64,000 bases of DNA, from assembly GCA_039934635.1 (NCBI GenBank), contig JBDTLT010000002.1, positions 4,963 through 68,962 of the forward strand, in the 5' to 3' direction. Numbering within the stretch: position 1 is the first letter of the stretch; each line of letters opens with the position of its first letter. A program made the translations under genes and the position numbers. Under the pieces are notes generated by a model. The model was not told where the DNA came from, did no database searches, and saw only the letters and a program-made list of their open reading frames with translations. This DNA comes from Acidimicrobiales bacterium. Lineage in GTDB: Bacteria; Actinomycetota; Acidimicrobiia; Acidimicrobiales; WLNW01. Below, in pieces: positions 11,734-20,129 of the stretch.

Positions 11734-12531
11734 ATGCCGATTTGGGAGCGCGCGCTGATCACCGGCGCGTCGTCAGGTATCGGTCGTGAGTTCGCCCGCG
11801 GGCTCGCGTCGCAGGGCACCCGTTTGGTCGTCGTGGCCCGACGCCAACAACGGTTGGAAGAGCTCGCGCTCGAACTCGAACCGTCCGTCGCAGTCGAGGT
11901 GTTCGTCGCCGACCTCCGCGATCGACACGACGTCGAACGGGTCGCGAGCCGTCTCGGGTCGCACCGCGAACCCATCGACCTGTTGATCAACAACGCGGCG
12001 ATGGGCCGCGAGCGCCCGCTCGTCGATGCGCCGGTGCAAGACGAGCTCGACCAGATCGGCGTGAACGTCACTGCCCTCGTGGCGTTGAGCCACGCTGCCG
12101 CGCGACGAATGATCGAAACCGGCCGCGGAACGATCATCAACGTGTCGTCGATCGCCGGCAATCAACCTCGTCGTGATCTGGCGGTCTACGGCGCGACCAA
12201 GGCGTTCGTCACGGCTTTTTCACAGTCGCTCGCAAGCGAACTCGAAGGTACGGGCGTCACCTGCACACTCGTGATTCCCGGGCTGACCGACACCGAGTTC
12301 CACCCGGTGAATGGCTTCCGCGAGGCGTCACCGAGAGCACTGTGGATGCGTCCCGACGACGTGGCCGCGAAGGCGCTCGACGCCGCGGCGACCGGCCGAC
12401 GGATCGTGATTCCGGGCACGATCAACAAGGTGTTGAGCGCGTTGGCGACACCGCGCCCCGGCCCACTGCGGGAACGAGCGACTCGCACCGCGGTTGCGTT
12501 CGTCAAGAACCTGCGCCGCGCCCCGAGCTGA
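11734..12531 (+). CDS. Short-chain dehydrogenase/reductase (classical SDR)
   Basis: TGASSGIGRE cofactor motif, NNAA, YGATKAF (YxxxK). Confidence 0.85.
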   Translation: MPIWERALITGASSGIGREFARGLASQGTRLVVVARRQQRLEELALELEPSVAVEVFVADLRDRHDVERVASRLGSHREPIDLLINNAAMGRERPLVDAPVQDELDQIGVNVTALVALSHAAARRMIETGRGTIINVSSIAGNQPRRDLAVYGATKAFVTAFSQSLASELEGTGVTCTLVIPGLTDTEFHPVNGFREASPRALWMRPDDVAAKALDAAATGRRIVIPGTINKVLSALATPRPGPLRERATRTAVAFVKNLRRAPS

Positions 12532-12567
12532 CCCCGACGACGCCCGCCAGAACGCTGGTCGGTCGGG

Positions 12568-13533
12568 TCAGACCTTCATGCTGTCGACGCGGTGCATGGC
12601 GTTGACGAGGCGCACCGTGCCCGACCGCGAGCGCATCACGAGCGATTGGGTGTGCACGTACACCGGGTCGAAGCGAACGCCCTTCAGCAACTCGCCGTCG
12701 GTGATGCCGGTCGCGGCGAAGAAACAGTTGTCGCCGCGCACAAGGTCGTCGATGCCGATGACGCGGTCGAGGTCGTAGCCGGCGGCGATGGCTGCTTCGT
12801 GCTCTTGGTCGTTGCGGGGCCATAGCTTGCCTTGCATGTCGCCACCCATGCACTTGAGCGCGGCGGCCGTGATGACGCCCTCGGGTGTACCGCCGATACC
12901 GAACAAGATGTCGGCACCCGACTCGGGCCACGCGGTCGAAATGCCACCGGCGACGTCACCGTCGGGGATCAGACGAATGCGCGCTCCGGCCGCACGCACT
13001 TCTCTGATCAGATCGGCATGCCGATCACGGTCGAGAATGACGGCGGTCAGGTTTCGTACATCTTCGCCTTTGGCCTTGGCGAGACGTTCGAGATTTTCGG
13101 TGGCCGACACGTTGATGTCGATGATGCCCTTGCCCGCCGGACCTACCGCGATCTTGTCCATGTAGACGCAAGGACCGGGGTCGAACATGGTGCCCTTGTC
13201 GCTCACCGCGATCACCGCGATCGCGTTGCCGCGACCCAACGACGTCAGTGTCGTACCGTCGATCGGATCGACCGCGACGTCGGCTCGTGAACCAGTGCCG
13301 TCACCGACGGCCTCGCCGTTGTACAGCATCGGCGCTTCGTCTTTTTCGCCTTCACCGATGACGACGACACCGTTCATCGAGACGCTGTGGAGCACCCTGC
13401 GCATCGCTTCGACCGCGGCGTCGTCGGCGGCGTTCTTGTCACCTCTGCCCATCCAACGCGAGGCGGCCATCGCCGCGGCCTCGGTCGTGCGCACGAGTTC
13501 GAGAGCGAGATTGCGGTCAACTGCTGTGGTCAT
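12568..13533 (-). CDS. glpX: Fructose-1,6-bisphosphatase class II
   Basis: 321 aa, GlpX-like over its full length (..[17 protein letters not shown].., ..AVDPIDGTT.., ..GGTPEGV..). Confidence 0.93.
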   Translation of the reverse strand: MTTAVDRNLALELVRTTEAAAMAASRWMGRGDKNAADDAAVEAMRRVLHSVSMNGVVVIGEGEKDEAPMLYNGEAVGDGTGSRADVAVDPIDGTTLTSLGRGNAIAVIAVSDKGTMFDPGPCVYMDKIAVGPAGKGIIDINVSATENLERLAKAKGEDVRNLTAVILDRDRHADLIREVRAAGARIRLIPDGDVAGGISTAWPESGADILFGIGGTPEGVITAAALKCMGGDMQGKLWPRNDQEHEAAIAAGYDLDRVIGIDDLVRGDNCFFAATGITDGELLKGVRFDPVYVHTQSLVMRSRSGTVRLVNAMHRVDSMKV

Positions 13534-13613
13534 GGGCCGTGAGGGTACAAGATGCGTGCTCAGGAGGGGCTATCCGACCGCTCGGAACGGCCGGAGCATG
13601 GCAGGATGCAGGT

Positions 13614-14432
13614 GTGAGTTCCTTGTGGTGTTTCCAGTGCGGCGCGGAGTACCAAGAGGGTGTCGAGACGTGCGCCGAATGCGGCGTCGGCCTCGTGACC
13701 GAGGAGCCGCTGTCACCCGACGAAGTGGGCACACTCGAGGAAGACAAGCTCGAGTACGAGCTGCACGAATGGTCCTTCGAGAGCCGGCGCATGCTCGACC
13801 AACTGCTGACCGGCGCCGGGCTCGCGCATGCGTGGCAGGGCGCCTCGATGCGGGTGAGGGGCAGTGACGAGGACGCCGTCGATGCGCTCATCGAAGAGGT
13901 CGAGCACGCTACGTTGCCCACCCTCGACCCCGAGGGCGAGCACACGGTGTACGAGATGGCCGAATGGACATCCGAGCAACAATCGCGGCTCTCCAACATG
14001 CTCGGCATGGCAGGGCTCGCCCATGAGTTCGACCGCAACGGCGACCTCGTGGTCAACGCCGACGACGAAGAAGCGGTCGACGCAGTGCTCGACCGACTCG
14101 AAGATGCGATCGCGCGCGGTGAGCCCGTGGGCGAAGACGTCATCCACCTCGACGACGACCTGGAGTTCAACGATCTCCTGTCGGATGCATTCGATTCGGC
14201 CGACCGCATCAAAGGCAACACGCACGACCACGAGGCCATCCTCGAGTTCCTCGAAGCCGAAGTCGTGATCGCGCGTTTGGCCATGCCCTACGGATTCGAA
14301 CGCGATCACTGGGATCGGGTGCTCACCAAGCTCGCGGCACTACGCGATTCGCTCGAAGCAGAAGAGCCCGAAGACGACGACATCGTCGCGAACGCGCGCT
14401 CGGTGCGTGACGAATTGGTGCAGATCATCTGA
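13614..14432 (+). CDS. Zinc-ribbon protein with duplicated acidic domain (hypothetical)
   Basis: In-frame GTG at 13614 of ORF 13539..14432. The N-terminus has a CxxC..CxxC ribbon (CFQCGAEYQEGVETCAEC) followed by two ~50-aa repeats and a very acidic tail. Confidence 0.6.
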   Translation: MSSLWCFQCGAEYQEGVETCAECGVGLVTEEPLSPDEVGTLEEDKLEYELHEWSFESRRMLDQLLTGAGLAHAWQGASMRVRGSDEDAVDALIEEVEHATLPTLDPEGEHTVYEMAEWTSEQQSRLSNMLGMAGLAHEFDRNGDLVVNADDEEAVDAVLDRLEDAIARGEPVGEDVIHLDDDLEFNDLLSDAFDSADRIKGNTHDHEAILEFLEAEVVIARLAMPYGFERDHWDRVLTKLAALRDSLEAEEPEDDDIVANARSVRDELVQII

Positions 14433-14481
14433 GTAAGCGCGGCTCTGAGCGACACACAAGAGGATCGATACACTGACCAAC

Positions 14482-15183
14482 GTGGCGGTGCTGGCCGAGA
14501 TCGAGATCTTCCACTCGCGCCCAGTGGCACCGACGCGCCGCGTCGCGCTGGGCACCCGCGAGTTGCCGGTCGAACCCGCGCCGGGATTCGGGGGCGTGTT
14601 GCTGGCCGGCATCGTCGCTCGCTTCTCGGCTGATCTCGACGCCGACCTCTACGACGAATTGCTCGTGTTGATGCGCCAAGTCGAGCGGGGCCAACGCATA
14701 CCGCAGCCGCGGTTGCGCCATCGTTTTCAAGGTGATTTGGTCGGGTTGACCAAGCGTCGTCAACGGCTCATCGGCGAATACGAGTCGTTGCGCTTCGAAT
14801 TCGACGAGTCCGGACCTGCCGCGCCGATGGTGCTCGGCGCGGTCTACGCGGCTGGTCAACTCCCCGCGAGCGCGCGCACCGACGTGATGGAGGTCATCCG
14901 GCGGGCCATGCGATGGCAAGGACCGCTGGGTTCGGCGTTCGTCTCGTCGATCCTCGGCCGCGGCGCGAGCACGTGGGTGGTCAGCTCGTTGGCCGACCCG
15001 GTCGCGTGGGCTCGCGTCACGCTCGGACTCGCCACCGAAGACGTGGCCGGGCGCGATCTCGTGCAGCGTCAGTTCCGGCTGTTGTTGCGTGAAGCGCATC
15101 CCGACTCCGGCGGTGACGAAGACGTCGCGGCGCGCCGCATCTCCGAGTTGAGTGAAGCCCGCCGCATCCTGCTGTTCGGTTGA
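14482..15183 (+). CDS. Orphan J-domain protein (C-terminal DnaJ-like HPD domain, unknown N-terminal domain)
   Basis: 233 aa. The C-terminus reads RDLVQRQFRLLLREAHPDSGGDEDVAARRISELSEARRILL, with the HPD tripeptide in J-domain context. Confidence 0.6.
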   Translation: MAVLAEIEIFHSRPVAPTRRVALGTRELPVEPAPGFGGVLLAGIVARFSADLDADLYDELLVLMRQVERGQRIPQPRLRHRFQGDLVGLTKRRQRLIGEYESLRFEFDESGPAAPMVLGAVYAAGQLPASARTDVMEVIRRAMRWQGPLGSAFVSSILGRGASTWVVSSLADPVAWARVTLGLATEDVAGRDLVQRQFRLLLREAHPDSGGDEDVAARRISELSEARRILLFG

Positions 15184-15186
15184 TCG

Positions 15187-15768
15187 ATGGCCCGGAGAAC
15201 GAAGCTCGACGGAGTGTTGCTCACGCCCGGTGCGGGGAGTGGTCGCGAACACCACACGCTCGTCGCCATCGAGGACGCGTTGGCCCCGCTGCCGGTCGCG
15301 CGCGTCGACTTCCCTTATCGACGTGCCGGACGGCGCGCACCCGATCGGCAGCCGGTGTTACTGCAGTGCGTGCGCGACGAAGTCGCGGCGTTTGCCGAAG
15401 ACCGCACGCTGAAGCCGCGCAACATCGTGCTCGGCGGCCGTTCGATGGGCGGGCGCATGTGTTCGATCGCCGTCGCCGAGGGCACGCCCGCCGCGGGCCT
15501 GGCGCTGATCAGCTATCCCCTGCACCCACCGGGCAAGCCCGACAAGCTGCGCACCGAACACTTCCCTGCGATCAAGGTGCCGTGCCTCTTCGTCTCGGGC
15601 ACCCGCGATGCGTTCGGCACTCCCGACGAACTCGAGTCGGCGACGCGGGCCATCAGCGGTCAGGTCACCCACGTGTGGATCGAACGGGGGAGCCACGCGC
15701 TCGACCGCGTCGATGACGAGATCGTTGCCGCGATCGCCGCGTGGCGGCGGGCCACGTTCACGGGTTGA
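15187..15768 (+). CDS. Alpha/beta hydrolase (KANL3/Tex30-like, dienelactone-hydrolase-like)
   Basis: 193 aa. Nucleophile elbow GGRSMGG, later SGTRD and GSHAL (Ser-Asp-His order). It starts 4 nt after the J-protein stop. Confidence 0.75.
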   Translation: MARRTKLDGVLLTPGAGSGREHHTLVAIEDALAPLPVARVDFPYRRAGRRAPDRQPVLLQCVRDEVAAFAEDRTLKPRNIVLGGRSMGGRMCSIAVAEGTPAAGLALISYPLHPPGKPDKLRTEHFPAIKVPCLFVSGTRDAFGTPDELESATRAISGQVTHVWIERGSHALDRVDDEIVAAIAAWRRATFTG

Positions 15769-17365
15769 CCGAGGGCAACGGGTTCTGGCCGCTCGGGGCC
15801 GTATCTCCGCTCTGAGGGCCGCTCGGGGCCGTATCTCCGCTCTGAGGGCCGCTCGGGGCCTGGTCATCCGGGTTGAGCACCTCGAGTTCGATATGCGCCG
15901 TCTCGGGATAGCGCAGCACCACCAGCGCGGCGACGAGCAGCGGGCCGACGCTGAGCACGAGCAAGGCCTTGCCCAGCCCCACGTGATCGGACATCACGCC
16001 GGCGACGATCAACCCAAAGCTCGACCCCGCCATGCCGGCCAACGTGATCAATCCGTTGGCCCGCCCCCGCGAGCGCGTTGAGAACATCTCGGGGCCATAG
16101 GTGCCGAGCGCGGGAATGGTCACTGCACCCACGATGATGCCGCCCGCTTGCCACGCCCACAGCGGCCAGCCGTGCGCGAGGAACGCGATCGCGGTGCCGA
16201 GTGAGCCGACGACCAAACCGACCGCGGCGACGGCGCGCCGGCCGCGTACGTCGGCGAGGCGGCCGCCGACCATCACGCCGAGGCCAACCGGCGTCGAGGT
16301 GACAACGGTGAACAGCGCGATGCGCGATGCAGAGAAACCCCGTTCATCTTTGAGGAACTCGTTCTGCAGTTGCGACGCGGGCGAACGGAACATCAACACC
16401 AGGAACGAGCTGACCGCGAGCAGCAGCAACCGCTGACGGTTGATGCTCGACACGTTCTTCACGCGCGCCATCTGCTCGCTGACCTCGAAGCGTTTGGTCT
16501 CCGGCAACCGCCGGGCCACATACACCGTGAGCGGAAGGCCTAGAGCGGGGAGCAGGTAGATGAGTCGCCATCCTCGGGTGCCGAGGTCGGCGAGCGGCAG
16601 TACCCACACGGCCATACCGGCCCCGAGTCCGGCCGCGAGTGCGAGCACGCTCACGCCGTACGCGCGCGAACCGGCCGGCAGCTCTTCGGCCGCAGCGACG
16701 AGGATGACCATCGCGAGCGCCGTCGTGACGCCGCGGGCCAAGGTCTGGGTGAGCCCCAGCACCCAGATGTTGGGCGAGAACGCGCCGAGCACCGTGAACG
16801 CGCAACCGGCTGCGGTCGCACCGATGGTCACCGTGCGCCGGCCGCGGCGATCGGCCGCAGCCAGCAGGATCATCGAGATGATGACCCCGACCCGTGTGAG
16901 CGCCAGAACGACGCCCTGCACGCCGTTCGACTTGTGGAACTCGTCGCTGGCGAACGTGATGGTCTGCGTGATCACCGTGCCGAGGTAGCCCGCGATGACC
17001 GACACCGTGCACAAGAGGGCCAGCACGGACGCCGCCCGCTGGTCGAGGGGGTCGGGCGGCGCCCACCACGGAGGCTTCGGGGCCGGCTTGCGCAAGACGC
17101 GGCGGGCCGGGAGCGCGAAGAGCACCCACCACAGCGGGAGCGCCCATGTGTAGTCGATGCGCTGCTCGACATCGAAGCGCCCGTCGCTACGGGCCCGCAC
17201 GTCGACTTGGCGGCGATAGGTGTCGAACGGGGCCCGCAGCGCCCGGTACGAGGTGGATGCCTCGCCGGCGGTCTCGATCGCCTCGTCGACGATGTCGCGC
17301 CGGCATTGGCGCAGGCGCTCGAGCCCGGTGGCATCGACGGTGGTGGTCGAACTCACGTGCGCCAC
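15758..17365 (-). CDS. MFS transporter with ~110-aa N-terminal cytoplasmic extension and repeat-bearing C-terminal tail
   Basis: The C-terminal part of ORF 15758..18640 has 12-TM MFS-like hydrophobicity with AADRRGRR and LADVRGRR loop motifs. GTG start candidates are at 17365 and 17356. The rest of the ORF is antisense to murA. Confidence 0.8.
   Translation of the reverse strand: MAHVSSTTTVDATGLERLRQCRRDIVDEAIETAGEASTSYRALRAPFDTYRRQVDVRARSDGRFDVEQRIDYTWALPLWWVLFALPARRVLRKPAPKPPWWAPPDPLDQRAASVLALLCTVSVIAGYLGTVITQTITFASDEFHKSNGVQGVVLALTRVGVIISMILLAAADRRGRRTVTIGATAAGCAFTVLGAFSPNIWVLGLTQTLARGVTTALAMVILVAAAEELPAGSRAYGVSVLALAAGLGAGMAVWVLPLADLGTRGWRLIYLLPALGLPLTVYVARRLPETKRFEVSEQMARVKNVSSINRQRLLLLAVSSFLVLMFRSPASQLQNEFLKDERGFSASRIALFTVVTSTPVGLGVMVGGRLADVRGRRAVAAVGLVVGSLGTAIAFLAHGWPLWAWQAGGIIVGAVTIPALGTYGPEMFSTRSRGRANGLITLAGMAGSSFGLIVAGVMSDHVGLGKALLVLSVGPLLVAALVVLRYPETAHIELEVLNPDDQAPSGPQSGDTAPSGPQSGDTAPSGQNPLPSVNP
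15787..15860. repeat. 30-bp perfect tandem repeat, 2.5 copies (ggccgctcggggccgtatctccgctctgag), in-frame in the MFS C-terminus
   Basis: Read directly: units at 15787-15816 and 15817-15846, partial unit at 15847-15860. It encodes (APSGPQSGDT)x2 + APSGQ on the minus strand. Confidence 0.92.
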
Positions 17366-17413
17366 GTGAGGGGTGGCCCTTCTTTTGTGGACGGGTGGAG
17401 CATACTGATCGCC

Positions 17414-18676
17414 ATGTCCAGCCGGACGGGGATACTGGTGCGGTGCTGCGGCCCGCTGTCGGGTGTGGTGCCCATCAGCGGCGCCAAGAATTCCGTGCTC
17501 AAGCTCATGGCCGCCACGTTGCTGGCGCCCGGTCGCTACGTGATCCGCAACGTGCCGCGCATCACCGATGTCCAGCACATGAGCGAACTGCTCGAGGCGA
17601 TGGCCGTTTCCGTCCACCAATCGGGCAACGTGTTGACCATCGATGTCCCCGACGAGATCGTGCCCGAGGCGCCCTACGAGCTCGTCGAACGCACGCGGGC
17701 ATCGATCTTGGTGCTCGGCCCGCTCCTCGCGCGCACCGGTGAAGCCCGCGTCGCACTTCCCGGCGGTGACGACTTCGGGCCGCGACCGATCGATCTCCAC
17801 GTGCGCGGGCTGCAAGACCTCGGCGCGACCTTCACGATGAGCCACGGCTTCATCAACGGAACCGCCGGGCAATTGGTGGGTACGCGCATCCTGCTCGAGT
17901 TCCCGAGTGTCGGGGCGACCGAGAACATCCTCATGGCGGCCGTGCTCGCCAAAGGCACGACCGTCATCGACAACGCCGCCCGCGAACCCGAGATCGCCGA
18001 CCTCGCGGCGTTCCTCAATCGCATGGGCGCGCAGATCGTCGGCGCAGGGTCCGCGACGATCACCGTCGAAGGTGTCGAAGAACTCGCGCCCGTCGAGCAC
18101 ACCGCGATTCCCGATCGCATCGAGACCGCCACCTTCCTGGCCGCGCTCGCCGTTGCCGGCGGCGAATTGACACTCTCCGGCGCGCGGTTCGATCACATCG
18201 ACATGCTCACGCAGAAATTGGGCGAGATGGGCATGCGTATCTCGCCCGAAGCCGATGGCGTGTGGGCACTGGTGGGGCGGCGACTGCGTTCGGTCGACGT
18301 GTCGACGCTGCCGTATCCCGGTATCGCCAGCGACTTCAAACCGTTCTTCGTCGCGATGCTCGCGGTCGCCGACGGTGTCGGCATCGTCACCGAAAATCTC
18401 TTCTCGGGTCGATTCCGCTACATCGACGAGCTCGTGCGGATGGGCGCGGACATCCGCACCGAGGGCCATCACGCGGTCGTCCGCGGTGTGCCGCAACTCT
18501 CGGGCGCGCCGGTGCGGGCCCATGACATCCGAGCGGGCGCAGCACTCGTCGTGGCCGCGCTGAAAGCCGAGGGCGAGACGTTGATCACCGACTGCCACCA
18601 CATCGACCGGGGCTACGAAGACCTCGTCGGCAAACTGCAACGCGTCGGCGCCGACATCGAACGAGTCGAACTATGA
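17414..18676 (+). CDS. murA: UDP-N-acetylglucosamine 1-carboxyvinyltransferase
   Basis: ATG at 17414 in ORF 16934..18676 (MSSRTGILVRCCGPLSGVVPISGAKNSVLKLMAA..). Active-site loop LPGGDDFGPRPIDLHV. Confidence 0.95.
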   Translation: MSSRTGILVRCCGPLSGVVPISGAKNSVLKLMAATLLAPGRYVIRNVPRITDVQHMSELLEAMAVSVHQSGNVLTIDVPDEIVPEAPYELVERTRASILVLGPLLARTGEARVALPGGDDFGPRPIDLHVRGLQDLGATFTMSHGFINGTAGQLVGTRILLEFPSVGATENILMAAVLAKGTTVIDNAAREPEIADLAAFLNRMGAQIVGAGSATITVEGVEELAPVEHTAIPDRIETATFLAALAVAGGELTLSGARFDHIDMLTQKLGEMGMRISPEADGVWALVGRRLRSVDVSTLPYPGIASDFKPFFVAMLAVADGVGIVTENLFSGRFRYIDELVRMGADIRTEGHHAVVRGVPQLSGAPVRAHDIRAGAALVVAALKAEGETLITDCHHIDRGYEDLVGKLQRVGADIERVEL

Positions 18677-18711
18677 GCGGGCGGCTCGCTCGAACAGCTT
18701 CGATCCGTCGG

Positions 18712-18867
18712 TCACTCGTCGTCGGGCGGCGGGGCCATGGCCTGGCGCCGAGCTTCGGCCACCCGATTGGCCCGCCGGTTGGCCACGAACAACAACACGG
18801 CGATGATCAGCAGGGGCACGAGTACGAGCCCGAACTCGTCCCATCCGCCCTGATGTGCGAGGACCAT
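18712..18867 (-). CDS. Unlisted 51-aa single-TM small protein (hypothetical)
   Basis: Manual translation of the minus strand gives ATG..TGA encoding MVLAHQGGWDEFGLVLVPLLIIAVLLFVANRRANRVAEARRQAMAPPPDDE. It has a clear TM core followed by positive charges. It is below the 60-aa cut-off of the ORF track. Confidence 0.4.
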   Translation of the reverse strand: MVLAHQGGWDEFGLVLVPLLIIAVLLFVANRRANRVAEARRQAMAPPPDDE

Positions 18868-18912
18868 TCAGATGATCGTACGGTCTGAGGGAACATCTCG
18901 CGGACACCGGCC

Positions 18913-18949
18913 GTTCTACTCGGCGAAGGCTGTTCCACTCGGCGAGGGC
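18913..18949. promoter_or_regulatory. Tandem direct repeat GTTCyACTCGGCGArGGC x2 (16/18 identical, 19-nt period) upstream of the NifU-like gene
   Basis: Read directly: 18913-18930 gttctactcggcgaaggc and 18932-18949 gttccactcggcgagggc, lying 24-60 nt upstream of the GTG at 18973. Confidence 0.3.
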
Positions 18950-18972
18950 CGTGAAATCGAACCAGGAGTGAC

Positions 18973-19281
18973 GTGAGCATCCCCGTACAAGCTGAAAGTC
19001 CCCGAGTCGATCGGGCGCGGGTCGAGGAAGTCATCGCGATCATCCGTCCGGCGATTCAGGCCGACAAGGGTGACATTCGACTCGTGGACGTCGACGAAGA
19101 GGCCGGCATCATCAAGGTCGAGTTGCAGGGCGCCTGCGTCAGTTGTCCGGCGTCGACACAGACCCTCAAGGCCGGCATCGAGCGCATCATGAAAGACCGG
19201 GTGCCCGGCGTCAACGAGGTCATCAACGTGGGCGAGACCCTCCTCGGTACGGCCGAAGGCACTTCGGTCTTCGTGCGCTGA
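18973..19281 (+). CDS. NifU C-terminal-domain (Nfu-type) Fe-S cluster assembly protein
   Basis: 102 aa. IRPAIQADKGDIRLVDVDEEAGIIKVELQGACVSCPASTQTLKAGIE contains the Nfu CxxC motif. GTG start preceded by AGGAG. Confidence 0.8.
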   Translation: MSIPVQAESPRVDRARVEEVIAIIRPAIQADKGDIRLVDVDEEAGIIKVELQGACVSCPASTQTLKAGIERIMKDRVPGVNEVINVGETLLGTAEGTSVFVR

Positions 19282-20129
19282 TGGCCACCGATCTACTGCC
19301 GTGTTACCGCCACCCTGACCGCACGGGCGGTGTCCGCTGCCAGCGCTGCGATCGACCCATCTGTCCCGCATGCATGAATACGGCGTCGGTGGGCTTCCAC
19401 TGTCCCGAGTGCGCGGGTTCCAAACAAGGGCGGCAAAAGGTATATACCGGTCGCGCGGCATTCGCGGCGGGCAAGTCGGTGATCCTCACGCCGGCGCTCA
19501 TCGCGGTCAACGTCGCAGTGTTTCTGCTGACCCTTTCCGGTGGTCGCAGCGCCACCGATATTCGCGGCAGCACGATGTTGACCGACTACGGGCTATACGG
19601 GCCTTCGATCCGCTATGACCACGAGTGGTACCGCATCATCACGTCCGGCTTCATGCACAGCGGGCTGTTGCATCTCGGGTTCAACATGTATGCGCTTTGG
19701 ATCATTGGCAACATGCTCGAGCCCGCGCTCGGCCGATTGCGCTTCGGCATCATCTATTTCGGCGGGCTCATCGCCGGCTCCTTGGGTGCGCTCGTGCTCG
19801 ATCCCAACAGCCTTGCGGTGGGAGCATCGGGCGCGATCTTCGCGTTGTTTGCCGCCGCGTTCATCGCGCAACGCGCCGCAGGTATCGACCCATGGCGCTC
19901 GGGCATCGCGCTCACCATCGGCATCAATTTGCTCATCACGCTGGCGATCCCGTTCATATCGAAGGGTGGTCACCTCGGTGGCCTTCTTGGCGGCGCCGTG
20001 CTCGCGTGGTTGCTCATCGAGGCACCGCGCCGCACGAAGAGTCGAGAGGCACCACTCATCGGTGCCGCGCTGTTGGTACCGGTGCTCTTCGTGGCCGCGG
20101 TCGGTGCGGCCTACGCGTTTTCGACCTGA
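19281..20129 (+). CDS. Rhomboid family intramembrane serine protease with N-terminal zinc-ribbon
   Basis: The ATG at 19281 overlaps the nfu stop (TGATG). N-terminal CYRHPDRTGGVRCQRCDRPICPAC..FHCPEC, catalytic GASGAIF, and His in HLGGLLGG. Confidence 0.88.
   Translation: MATDLLPCYRHPDRTGGVRCQRCDRPICPACMNTASVGFHCPECAGSKQGRQKVYTGRAAFAAGKSVILTPALIAVNVAVFLLTLSGGRSATDIRGSTMLTDYGLYGPSIRYDHEWYRIITSGFMHSGLLHLGFNMYALWIIGNMLEPALGRLRFGIIYFGGLIAGSLGALVLDPNSLAVGASGAIFALFAAAFIAQRAAGIDPWRSGIALTIGINLLITLAIPFISKGGHLGGLLGGAVLAWLLIEAPRRTKSREAPLIGAALLVPVLFVAAVGAAYAFST

Noticed and set aside
15787-15860. 30-bp tandem repeat considered as a CRISPR-like or intergenic minisatellite
   Set aside because: There are no spacers, since the copies are directly adjacent. 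There are only 2.5 copies, and they lie in frame inside a coding region. No cas genes occur in the window.
17366-18640. N-terminal ~425 aa of the 960-aa minus-strand ORF 15758..18640
   Set aside because: It is antisense to murA. Only the C-terminal 536 codons look like a real (MFS) protein, and good GTG starts exist at 17365 and 17356.
18671-18907. Listed 78-aa (minus) and 71-aa (plus, 18673..18888) ORFs
   Set aside because: Both are Arg/Gly/Pro-rich with no TM or motif. A third-frame 51-aa TM ORF (18712..18867, minus) explains the region better.
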